From IMG/VR virus record IMGVR_UViG_3300009551_000046: a DNA stretch of 20,000 bases; one strand, written 5' to 3'. A program made the position numbers and the translations under genes. Shown here piece after piece: positions 8,024-14,821 of the stretch. Each line of letters starts with the position of its first letter. Position 1 is the first letter of the stretch. Source of the DNA: an uncultured virus (IMG/VR IMGVR_UViG_3300009551_000046) (Duplodnaviria; Heunggongvirae; Uroviricota; Caudoviricetes). The notes beneath the pieces are model-generated. The model saw only the letters and a program-made list of their open reading frames with translations. It did not search any database and had not been told where the DNA came from.

Positions 8024-8951
8024 GCTTCTTGGCCTCCTGCTCGCGCCGCTTTTTGAAGGCCGCGATGTCCTTCTTGGCGCCGGCGAACTGCTTTGCCGGC
8101 AGATCGACTAGCCGATCAATCCTGTATTTCTCGCAGAACTTGTCCTCCGGAAGCTGGGCATCGGCGATCGTAAGGCGGAGCTCCTCGGCTTCGGCGGCAG
8201 AGATCGTCGCCGATTCATCCGGCTGCTCGTGATCCTGCTGCTGCGCTTCTTTCCGCTTGAACCCGTCATTGTCTAGATCTCGGGGATCCTCGCTGACAAT
8301 GTCGAGCATCAAGATCAGATTGTAGCGCTTGCCGTAACTCGCGCCGCTGCCGAAGCCCTGCTGATTGTTCTTCTTGCCGGAGACCTCTGCGGAAAGCGGA
8401 AACCGCGACGCCATGTTGTGACCGTCGACGTGAGTCAGATAGCCGACGACGTCGGCCTTCGAGCCGTCGGCGGAGGGCTCGATCACGTTGTTGAAGGTGA
8501 AGCCGTGCTCTTTGAGCAGCGGGCGGCAGACGCTCATGAGATTCGGATAGGTCGAGTAGCGGGTCTTGAGGCGGGCGTTTCCGCGCGAAGTGACGCCGTC
8601 GCCGTGATCAATGATGCCGTCGCGGTTGATAGACGGCAGCTTGAACTGCAGCGCATTGAACGCGCGCGTGAATGACTTGCGGGCCTCGCGGTCCTCAATG
8701 TCCTTTTGCATCTCGTAGAGCTCGCGCATCTTGGCGGGATCGCAGCGCGGGTCGAGCGCAGCCGTCATGATGACTTCGATCATGCTGCGCGGTGCCTGCG
8801 GAGCGGCCGGTTGCCGGTGCGCGATGGCCCGACTCTGTGTCGGCTTCTCAGCCTTCGCCGGCAGTTTCTCGGCCTTCGCCGGCTGCGCGGCCGGTTGCTT
8901 GGCGGGCTCGAAGAGCTCGGGTTCGGCTGTCTTGGTCTTGGGGCGTGCCAT
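8016..8951 (-). CDS. ERF-family single-strand annealing protein
   Basis: F..A...LQ..LP.I, RYSTY......RP.L..HG, L.HVDGH, QGFGSGASYGKRY.L..ML.I...D..D.DG; strong GGAGG SD before ATG 8951. Confidence 0.88.
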   Translation of the reverse strand: MARPKTKTAEPELFEPAKQPAAQPAKAEKLPAKAEKPTQSRAIAHRQPAAPQAPRSMIEVIMTAALDPRCDPAKMRELYEMQKDIEDREARKSFTRAFNALQFKLPSINRDGIIDHGDGVTSRGNARLKTRYSTYPNLMSVCRPLLKEHGFTFNNVIEPSADGSKADVVGYLTHVDGHNMASRFPLSAEVSGKKNNQQGFGSGASYGKRYNLILMLDIVSEDPRDLDNDGFKRKEAQQQDHEQPDESATISAAEAEELRLTIADAQLPEDKFCEKYRIDRLVDLPAKQFAGAKKDIAAFKKRREQEAKKHG

Positions 8952-9049
8952 GGTTCCTCCTGCGGGACCGCAATTCATGGAGCATCCCCCGTCCGGCCAG
9001 CAGTCGCCGCACGGGGGATGCGATCGTTTTCCGAAGCGCTCGACGTACA

Positions 9050-9400
9050 TCACAGATCGACGTCGTCGAAGATTGAGCGGTTGCCCTTGTCATCAAGCAA
9101 TGTGCCATCCGGGGCAAACACCGGGCTTCCATTCGGATGCCGGCTAGCCGCGTCCGCTGCATATTCGGCGCGAGCCGTCTCGCCGTAGTCGGGCGGCTCG
9201 TCAACGGCGCCGTGAGTGTTGCGGGCGAACGCCGGGCATGTCTGCTCGGCGGTCGTGTATTTCTTGGCATGCGGGCCGTCGCCGAGGCAGAGCGCCTCGG
9301 TGTCGCCGCGGGGATTGTCGGTGCCGCCGCCAGCCCGAGCGATCATCTCAGACCAATAGCGGCAGCCTTCGCAAACCTGATCTCCGGCATAACGTCCCAT
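9050..9400 (-). CDS. Cys4 (CxxC...C...C) hypothetical protein with acidic tail
   Basis: CEGCRYW...LC...TC; tail DGTLLDDKGNRSIFDDVDL; TGATG coupling. Confidence 0.75.
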   Translation of the reverse strand: MGRYAGDQVCEGCRYWSEMIARAGGGTDNPRGDTEALCLGDGPHAKKYTTAEQTCPAFARNTHGAVDEPPDYGETARAEYAADAASRHPNGSPVFAPDGTLLDDKGNRSIFDDVDL

Positions 9401-10287
9401 CAGCGCACCAACGATTTTGGACGCTTGCCGAAGCGGGCGCCCTTGATCTGCACCGACGGATCGTCCGAATAGCCGACGCTCTTCGCATAGGCACGGACGG
9501 CGGTCTCGAGCGCGGCGGCTGGAAGATAGGGCCGAAGCTTTTCGAGCTCGAGCACGTTGCGATCGGTGACTTCGGCGAAAGGTTCGGTCCCCATCGTCGC
9601 GAGGGCGCCGGATGCCGTTCGCTGCCGCATGATGTCGGCCGGCCGAGCAAGTGTGTCGATATAGGCATCTTCCGCCTTGGCCGCGGTGACGACGGCTTCG
9701 ACGGTCGCCGAGCTCGCCTGCTCTTCCTTCACCTCCGCGACCGACTCCTTCGCAGCCTGCGTTTCCGGCTTCCGTGCCCGCTCGGCGGCCAGGCGCGCGG
9801 CTTCCGCCTCGGCGCGGGCGCGGGCTTCCGCCTCCGCTGCCTCGCGGGCCTTGCGCGCGGCTTCCGCCGCCTCGGCGCGCCGCCGCTCCTGCTCGGCGAT
9901 CAGAAGCCGGGTGTCATAGTCGGTCAGCAGCCGGTTCAGCCGGTCGGCAATGCCTTCGGCCGCCGCCTTCTTCTGCCCGCGACTGATGCGCTCCATAAGC
10001 CCGAAGAACACAGAGTCCGCGGCGCGGCCGCGCTCAAGGTGCGGCGCCTTCTCCGCCTCGTGAACACCCTTCACGCGCTTGTAGGCTTCGCGCATTTCCT
10101 TGATCAGGCCGGTGACGATGTCCTTCACCTCCTGCGAGTCGACGACTTCGATCGGCTCGCCCTTGGCGAGGAGCTCGGCGACGGCGTTTTCCAGATAGCT
10201 GTAGTCGCGGAGCAGGCGTTCCCGCTCCTCGCCGAAATAGTCGATCGTCGCGGCGTTGTCGCCGATGCCGGGAGTTCTGTCATTCAT
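9400..10287 (-). CDS. long coiled-coil phage protein (possibly Gam/Gp157-like recombination-associated)
   Basis: N-terminal GIGDN, EK.P...G..AD..F, A/E/R-rich heptads, C-terminal 'I.GARF' segment; sits upstream of ERF. Family link is an inference. Confidence 0.75.
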   Translation of the reverse strand: MNDRTPGIGDNAATIDYFGEERERLLRDYSYLENAVAELLAKGEPIEVVDSQEVKDIVTGLIKEMREAYKRVKGVHEAEKAPHLERGRAADSVFFGLMERISRGQKKAAAEGIADRLNRLLTDYDTRLLIAEQERRRAEAAEAARKAREAAEAEARARAEAEAARLAAERARKPETQAAKESVAEVKEEQASSATVEAVVTAAKAEDAYIDTLARPADIMRQRTASGALATMGTEPFAEVTDRNVLELEKLRPYLPAAALETAVRAYAKSVGYSDDPSVQIKGARFGKRPKSLVR

Positions 10288-10316
10288 TGGCGGAGTCCTT
10301 CAGGGGTTGCGCGAGA

Positions 10317-10661
10317 TCAGAGGATCTCGACTTGGGGGTAGCCGGAATTGGCGGAGCGGACGAACTTCGCCCGCAACACCTTGTTGTTGCCGATCTTCAG
10401 CGCGGCATCGAACGTGATGCCGGCGTCGGTGCAGGCGTTGCCGAAGGTCAGCGCCTCGGCATCGATCCGCTTCGCGACCTCGACGTTCTCCCGCTTCGAG
10501 AGATAGCCGACGTGCTCGCCGCCGACATAGACGGCGACCGCAAAGGCGTCGTGCGGGTTGTTCGGCTCGCGGACAAGAAGCGCGTCGATGCCGGCAATGA
10601 CGCCGGGAAGGTACGGTTCAAGCCCGCGGAATTTCTGTCCGACGATGTTGAACCGCGCCAT
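10317..10661 (-). CDS. standalone HIRAN domain protein
   Basis: IVG..FR, L.REPNNPHDAFAVAVY......VGYL; GAGGT SD. Confidence 0.85.
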   Translation of the reverse strand: MARFNIVGQKFRGLEPYLPGVIAGIDALLVREPNNPHDAFAVAVYVGGEHVGYLSKRENVEVAKRIDAEALTFGNACTDAGITFDAALKIGNNKVLRAKFVRSANSGYPQVEIL

Positions 10662-11044
10662 CAGGACACCTCGCCCTGATCATCCTCGGTGCCGTCGGAG
10701 CGGAGCTCCGGCAGCGGTGTCGCGGGCTCCGGCGGCGCTTCCGGAATGACAAGCTGAAGCCCATGCGCGTAGTACGTTCCCATCGCGCCATCGGAATGCT
10801 TTACCCATATGGCGTCGTCGCAGATCCCTCGGATTATCCCAATCGGAATGTTGGTGCCGATCGCCGCGACGGTCTCGCCGATATGAAACGTGCGCTGAAC
10901 GATAGTAACGTCGGCCATGGGAACGACGATGTCCCGGAAACCGATCTTGATATGAACGTCGGTATCGCCGGGGTCGAAGTCGAAACGGACCGTGCCGCGG
11001 ACGGTGACGATGTCACCTTCGCGGAATGGAATTGCTGTGCTCAT
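10661..11044 (-). CDS. hypothetical protein with two SH3/KOW-like beta repeats
   Basis: FREGDIVTVRGTV...V.I and FHIGETV......GII......IWV; GGAG SD. Confidence 0.7.
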   Translation of the reverse strand: MSTAIPFREGDIVTVRGTVRFDFDPGDTDVHIKIGFRDIVVPMADVTIVQRTFHIGETVAAIGTNIPIGIIRGICDDAIWVKHSDGAMGTYYAHGLQLVIPEAPPEPATPLPELRSDGTEDDQGEVS

Positions 11045-11078
11045 TGTGTCGGTTCTCCGGTGCGGCTCTCAGTGAAGC

Positions 11079-11327
11079 CTAAATGGCGCGGACGCCGCAG
11101 TTTTCCGCGCGCAATCTCTCGGTAACGCGGCGCTTCAGCGCGTCGCGCAGTTTCTTGACGGGGACGCCGGCTTTCCGCGCCTCCTGCTTCAGGTAGCGGT
11201 CAAGCGTCTCGCGCTCGATCCAGTCGGCGACGGCTGCGCAGGCGGCGGCTTCGTCGCCTTCGCCCTCGTTGCTGCGCAGCCAAAGCAGCGCAGTCGCGAT
11301 CTGATCGTCGGTCGGCCGCGGCATCAT
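11079..11327 (-). CDS. hypothetical protein, 82 aa (possible C-terminal HTH, EARKAGVPVKKLR)
   Basis: ATGA overlap with the upstream stop at 11324-11327. Confidence 0.7.
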   Translation of the reverse strand: MMPRPTDDQIATALLWLRSNEGEGDEAAACAAVADWIERETLDRYLKQEARKAGVPVKKLRDALKRRVTERLRAENCGVRAI

Positions 11328-12001
11328 CGCCCCCGCGTGTTGCGCTTGGCGCGCTTCTTGCGGGGCTTTAATCGGCCATTTGCATCCATCCCCGCGTCGG
11401 CCAAGCACTCTTCGACCGAAATGGATTCGTCATCATCGATCGGCGTTCCGGGTTCATCGAACATCGAAACGTCCCGCGTGTTGCGCTTAGCGGGCTTCTT
11501 GCGGGCCGGCTTGGGGTCGTCCTGCTGCGGGAAAAAGTCGTCCTCCGGCAGATGTCCGGTCGCGAACAAATGCGCATCCTCTTCGGGGGGCAGTCGGTCA
11601 AGGTATCGATCCGACGGCATGTCATGCAGCGCCCGCTCGAAATTGGACACGTAATGGCGCCGCTGTCGCGGCCGGCCGGCATAAGGCGCCTGCGGCTGAA
11701 GGGTCGCCATCGCGTGCCAAACTCGCATATAGGCATCGTGCAGCGGGCGGTCCTTCACCGAGTCCTTGAAGTTAGAATAGTCGACGCCGAAAATGTGCTC
11801 GCTGATCACGAGCGCGACGCGGCTGCGTTTGATCGCCGCCCGGTAGTGATAATCGGACGCGGTGAACTGCTGAACCTGCCCGTTGGTCTCGGGGAACAGG
11901 CGTTCAATGTCGCCGGGCCGGCGGGCGCGAACCATGAGTTCGTCGGGCCGGCAATCCTTGGCGACGATCGAAATGAAGGCGTTGTTCAGCATGATCCACA
12001 T
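11324..12001 (-). CDS. phage hypothetical protein (MWI.....FISIV...VRAR...DY.YRA...DYSNFK) with disordered C-terminal tail
   Basis: Globular motif-rich N-terminus starting at ATG 12001, with an AAGGG SD; the longer track ORF start overlaps another gene. Confidence 0.8.
   Translation of the reverse strand: MWIMLNNAFISIVAKDCRPDELMVRARRPGDIERLFPETNGQVQQFTASDYHYRAAIKRSRVALVISEHIFGVDYSNFKDSVKDRPLHDAYMRVWHAMATLQPQAPYAGRPRQRRHYVSNFERALHDMPSDRYLDRLPPEEDAHLFATGHLPEDDFFPQQDDPKPARKKPAKRNTRDVSMFDEPGTPIDDDESISVEECLADAGMDANGRLKPRKKRAKRNTRGR
11332..11505. repeat. 33-bp direct repeat (11332-11364 and 11473-11505, 31/33 identical)
   Basis: cccgcgtgttgcgctt(g/a)gcg(c/g)gcttcttgcggg, encoding RKK(R/P)AKRNTR twice. 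Confidence 0.85.
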
Positions 12002-12006
12002 GGGGA

Positions 12007-12249
12007 TTATCCCTTCTTTAAAATTCGGATGACGGTATCGGAGAGGTTCTCTCCGGGAGGGTCCGCGAGTTGCTTCAGGAGGTTTGCGGTCGACGCCTTG
12101 ATCGCGACGTCGATCTTGCCCTCGGGACGGATGCAGAGGGCAATCCCAAGGATCGGGCGCGCCTTGCGGGCAACAGCGATCCGAACTGCCTCCTCCGAGA
12201 GGGTGAGGCGATAGGAACCCTGCGGCGGGAGGGTGATCTTTGCAGTCAT
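12007..12249 (-). CDS. small protein with C-terminal ribbon-helix-helix/CopG-like segment
   Basis: VAIKASTANLLKQL...GENLSDTVIRIL; GGAGG SD; ATGA overlap. Confidence 0.65.
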   Translation of the reverse strand: MTAKITLPPQGSYRLTLSEEAVRIAVARKARPILGIALCIRPEGKIDVAIKASTANLLKQLADPPGENLSDTVIRILKKG

Positions 12250-12422
12250 CGGTACAGCCCTCCGTCAAGCATCATGACGGCGGCGAAGTCGTCCGAAAAC
12301 CAACTGATCAGGATCAACGCGAGGGTGATCGCGAGGATCACGGCGGACGTGTAGGCTCCGGCATCCTGCCGGAACTCCGCTTGATCGATTTTGGTGACGG
12401 GGTTTTTGGTGCGGTCGAGCAT
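12246..12422 (-). CDS. small single-pass membrane protein, 58 aa; first gene of the leftward operon
   Basis: AAAGGG SD before ATG 12422; hydrophobic AVILAITLALILISWF. Confidence 0.7.
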   Translation of the reverse strand: MLDRTKNPVTKIDQAEFRQDAGAYTSAVILAITLALILISWFSDDFAAVMMLDGGLYR

Positions 12423-12456
12423 TCGTTCAGCCCTTTCTCGGTTCTGACGCAGGACC

Positions 12457-12485
12457 ATAATAGGGAAAATCATCCCCGGCGTCCA
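12457..12485 (-). promoter_or_regulatory. leftward sigma70-type promoter (PL)
   Basis: TGGACG-17 nt-TATTAT on the minus strand, about 35 nt upstream of ATG 12422. Confidence 0.7.
12462..12477. promoter_or_regulatory. operator O1, AGGGA-AAATCA-TCCCC (within the PL spacer)
   Basis: Matches the palindromic consensus GGGGA-N6-TCCCC at 9/10 arm positions. Confidence 0.7.
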
Positions 12486-12504
12486 CACCTCGAGCGGGGC
12501 CAAT

Positions 12505-12520
12505 GTGGATTTTTGTCCCC
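12505..12520. promoter_or_regulatory. operator O2, GTGGA-TTTTTG-TCCCC
   Basis: 15/16 identical to O3; ends 7 bp before TTGCGC. Confidence 0.75.
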
Positions 12521-12527
12521 GTACGGG

Positions 12528-12557
12528 TTGCGCCAAAAAGGGCCGCTCTGATATTGA
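12528..12557 (+). promoter_or_regulatory. candidate rightward promoter PR1 (leaderless transcript for the Cro-like gene)
   Basis: TTGCGC-18 nt-TATTGA with TG extension; ATG lies 7 nt downstream and has no SD. Confidence 0.5.
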
Positions 12558-12564
12558 TCGTGGC

Positions 12565-12819
12565 ATGTGCCAAAAACCGATCATCGATAACCTGCTCGCG
12601 ATCGCAGCGGCGTACGGACGGGCGACCGGGAAAAGCCGGACAAGCATCAGCAAGGAATTCTATGGGCGGGGGGATTTCCTCGACGACCTAGAAAACCGAG
12701 CCCGGACGATTTCCGTGTCCCGCCTCGACAAGATCCTTGATGACTTCCGCGCCAAATGGCCGAGCGTTGCGACCTGGCCGTCGACGGTGCCCGTCGACAT
12801 GAGCCAACACCCGGAATGA
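12565..12819 (+). CDS. Cro-like HTH transcriptional regulator (alphaproteobacterial phage type)
   Basis: LL....AY..ATGKS.TSISKE..G.G.FL..L......S..R...I...F...WP....WP; first gene of the divergent arm; no peptidase domain. Confidence 0.7.
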   Translation: MCQKPIIDNLLAIAAAYGRATGKSRTSISKEFYGRGDFLDDLENRARTISVSRLDKILDDFRAKWPSVATWPSTVPVDMSQHPE

Positions 12820-12824
12820 TACTT

Positions 12825-12840
12825 GGGGATTTTTGTCCCC
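12825..12840. promoter_or_regulatory. operator O3, GGGGA-TTTTTG-TCCCC (perfect arms)
   Basis: Perfect 5-bp arms around 6 bp; ends 7 bp before TTGTGG. Confidence 0.75.
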
Positions 12841-12847
12841 TCTCCTG

Positions 12848-12876
12848 TTGTGGAGTGATTCGGCCCACTGTATGTT
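12848..12876 (+). promoter_or_regulatory. rightward sigma70-type promoter PR2
   Basis: TTGTGG-17 nt-TATGTT; ATG 12886 follows after 9 nt with no SD. Confidence 0.65.
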
Positions 12877-12885
12877 CGCCGAATC

Positions 12886-13074
12886 ATGTCGCATCACCCC
12901 GACGATCACCCGGACGACGTTGAAATCGTTCCGATGAACCTGCCGCTAGACCGTGAGACGGTCTCGTGGTTGAGTCGCGTGTCGAAGAACGACGCGGACG
13001 CAGCTCAGGTTGTCGCAAACATCGTCAAGATGATCGCCGAGGAAGATGATCTCGCGCATGCGACGCGGCATTGA
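12886..13074 (+). CDS. small acidic protein, possible ribbon-helix-helix regulator
   Basis: MNLPLDRETVSWLSRVS....AAQVVANIVKMI strand-helix-helix pattern; located at the cII-like position. Confidence 0.6.
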   Translation: MSHHPDDHPDDVEIVPMNLPLDRETVSWLSRVSKNDADAAQVVANIVKMIAEEDDLAHATRH

Positions 13075-13096
13075 TCAACCCGAAATAGGAGCGCCT

Positions 13097-13519
13097 ATGG
13101 CACGAGGTAGCAAGAAGAAGGACGACACGGAAACGGAAGCCGACGCGAAAACCCAGGCGGCCGCTTCCCCGCACAAGGACGCCGTGATCTCGCAGAACAA
13201 GCTCGTCAGCCTGATGAAGGCGAAGCGGGCTGCGAAGAAGGAAACGAGCGAGACGAACGGGCGGATCGGGCAGCTGATCGGCGATGCAGTCGAGAACAAC
13301 CATCTGCACCGCAAGGCGTTTGCCGTCATCATGACGCTCGACAACATGGAGCCCGAGAAGATCGCGGACTTCCTGTCTCACTTCAACTACTACCTTGACA
13401 TCTCTGGGATCAACAAGCGCGCCGGCCAGGTGATGCGGATGGATCTCGAGGGCGCTGCGCAGGAAGCGGACGCCGAGGCTGCCAACGTCACCAAGTTTCC
13501 GACAGCCGGCAACGCGTGA
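13097..13519 (+). CDS. GapR/DUF2312-like DNA-binding protein
   Basis: AGGAG SD; helix pattern KL..L......K......I...I.DA.....H.KA...I..L..MEPE.......F..YL...G. Confidence 0.65.
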   Translation: MARGSKKKDDTETEADAKTQAAASPHKDAVISQNKLVSLMKAKRAAKKETSETNGRIGQLIGDAVENNHLHRKAFAVIMTLDNMEPEKIADFLSHFNYYLDISGINKRAGQVMRMDLEGAAQEADAEAANVTKFPTAGNA

Positions 13520-14106
13520 TCTCGCTCGGGATAGACCCGGGCCTTACCGGCGGCATCGCCCTCGTCGAGCAAGAGGGCGATCGCCGCCGAGTTCTTTTGG
13601 CCGTCGACATCCCGACATTCGGGGAGGACGCGAAGCGCCGCGTCGACGTGCTCGCCGTGCTGCGGCGGCTGCAGTCGTTCAAGATCACCGCGGGTTTCAT
13701 CGAACGCGCCCAGGCGATGCCGGATCAAGGGGCGAGCTCCGGCTTCATCTACGGCCGCGCAACCGGCGCGCTTGAAGCCTGCATTCTCGGCCTCGGCGTG
13801 CCGATGCGCGTCATCGAATCATCGGCGTGGAAAAAAGAGCACGGCCTGATCAGGCCGAAAGACATCGACAGCGACGCCTGGAAAAAAGTCGTCAAAGAAA
13901 AAAGCCGGCAACGCGCGCTCTTCCTGCATCCGGAGTGCCGCGACATGATGCCGCTGAAGCAGGATCACGGCCGCGCCGAGGCCGTGCTGATCGCCGACCA
14001 CGGACTGACCTTGCTGCAACCACGGCCGGATAGAAATCCCCCACCGCGACGAAAGAAGTCCGTCCCGCAACTTGATCTGCTGGACGAAGCCTCGGACTCC
14101 GCATAG
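13516..14106 (+). CDS. RuvC-like Holliday junction resolvase
   Basis: LGIDPGLTGGIA, FIE...A.P.QG.SS.F.YG, WKK, D.GRAEA.LIA; GTGA overlap. Confidence 0.9.
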   Translation: MISLGIDPGLTGGIALVEQEGDRRRVLLAVDIPTFGEDAKRRVDVLAVLRRLQSFKITAGFIERAQAMPDQGASSGFIYGRATGALEACILGLGVPMRVIESSAWKKEHGLIRPKDIDSDAWKKVVKEKSRQRALFLHPECRDMMPLKQDHGRAEAVLIADHGLTLLQPRPDRNPPPRRKKSVPQLDLLDEASDSA

Positions 14107-14143
14107 TCCTATCGCTTCCAACCGCCAAGGAAGACGATTCGAA

Positions 14144-14806
14144 ATGAAGGGCGATCCCCGCCGAGCGCGCATCACGTTCAACGCTCGGCAGAAAATGAGC
14201 GCGTGGGATCTTCTCCGCGCCCTTGAAGATGATACCGCCGCGCTTGCGATCTTCGATCCGCAGTATCGCGCGGTGCTCGACAAGCTAGATTTCGGCAACG
14301 AGGGGCAGCGGCAGAAGAAGCGTGCCGCATTGCAGCAGATGTCGGATAGCGATATTTGCCTCTACGTCGAGCAGATCGAGCGAATACTGAAGCCGTCGGG
14401 TTACCTGATGCTCTGGATGGACAAATACTCGATCGGCTCGGGACATCATCTCCGCTACCTGCGACACACCGAATGGATGCGCATCGTTGATCTCCTCTGT
14501 TGGGAGACAACCCGCTTCGGCATGGGCCGTCGTCTCCGTAGTTGTACGGAATATCTCGTCATCCTGCAGAAGGAGCCGACGGGCGCGAAGCACACATGGT
14601 CGGATCACAGTATGCGCGATTTCTGCTCCGAGGCTGCCGCGCGCGATACTCACCCGCATGCGAAGCCGCTCGAGCTCACGAAAAAACTGATCAATGCCGT
14701 GACACGGGCGGGCGATCTTGTCGTCGATCCGTGCGCCGGCAGCTATGTCGTTCTCGACGCCTGCCGGGCAACAGCGCGGAAGTTCGTCGGTTGTGATCTG
14801 ATCTGA
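14144..14806 (+). CDS. beta-class N6-adenine/N4-cytosine DNA methyltransferase
   Basis: Motif IV variant FDPQY, RILKPSG, HPHAKP, GDLVVDPCAGS; AAGGA upstream of ATG 14144 (start uncertain). Confidence 0.85.
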   Translation: MKGDPRRARITFNARQKMSAWDLLRALEDDTAALAIFDPQYRAVLDKLDFGNEGQRQKKRAALQQMSDSDICLYVEQIERILKPSGYLMLWMDKYSIGSGHHLRYLRHTEWMRIVDLLCWETTRFGMGRRLRSCTEYLVILQKEPTGAKHTWSDHSMRDFCSEAAARDTHPHAKPLELTKKLINAVTRAGDLVVDPCAGSYVVLDACRATARKFVGCDLI

Positions 14807-14821
14807 AAAGGGAGGCCGCCA

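Noticed and set aside
9700..9900. GCC/GCG-rich quasi-repeats
   Set aside because: Explained by the Ala/Glu/Arg coiled-coil coding sequence; not a DNA repeat array.
12002..12013. GGGGATTATCCC as a fourth operator
   Set aside because: The spacer is 3 rather than 6 bp and it coincides with an SD/stop region; probably incidental or a small RNA hairpin.
12002..12268. Long N-terminal extension of the 11324 gene (track start 12268)
   Set aside because: It overlaps the better 12007-12249 gene; the motif-rich domain begins at MWIML (12001) with its own SD.
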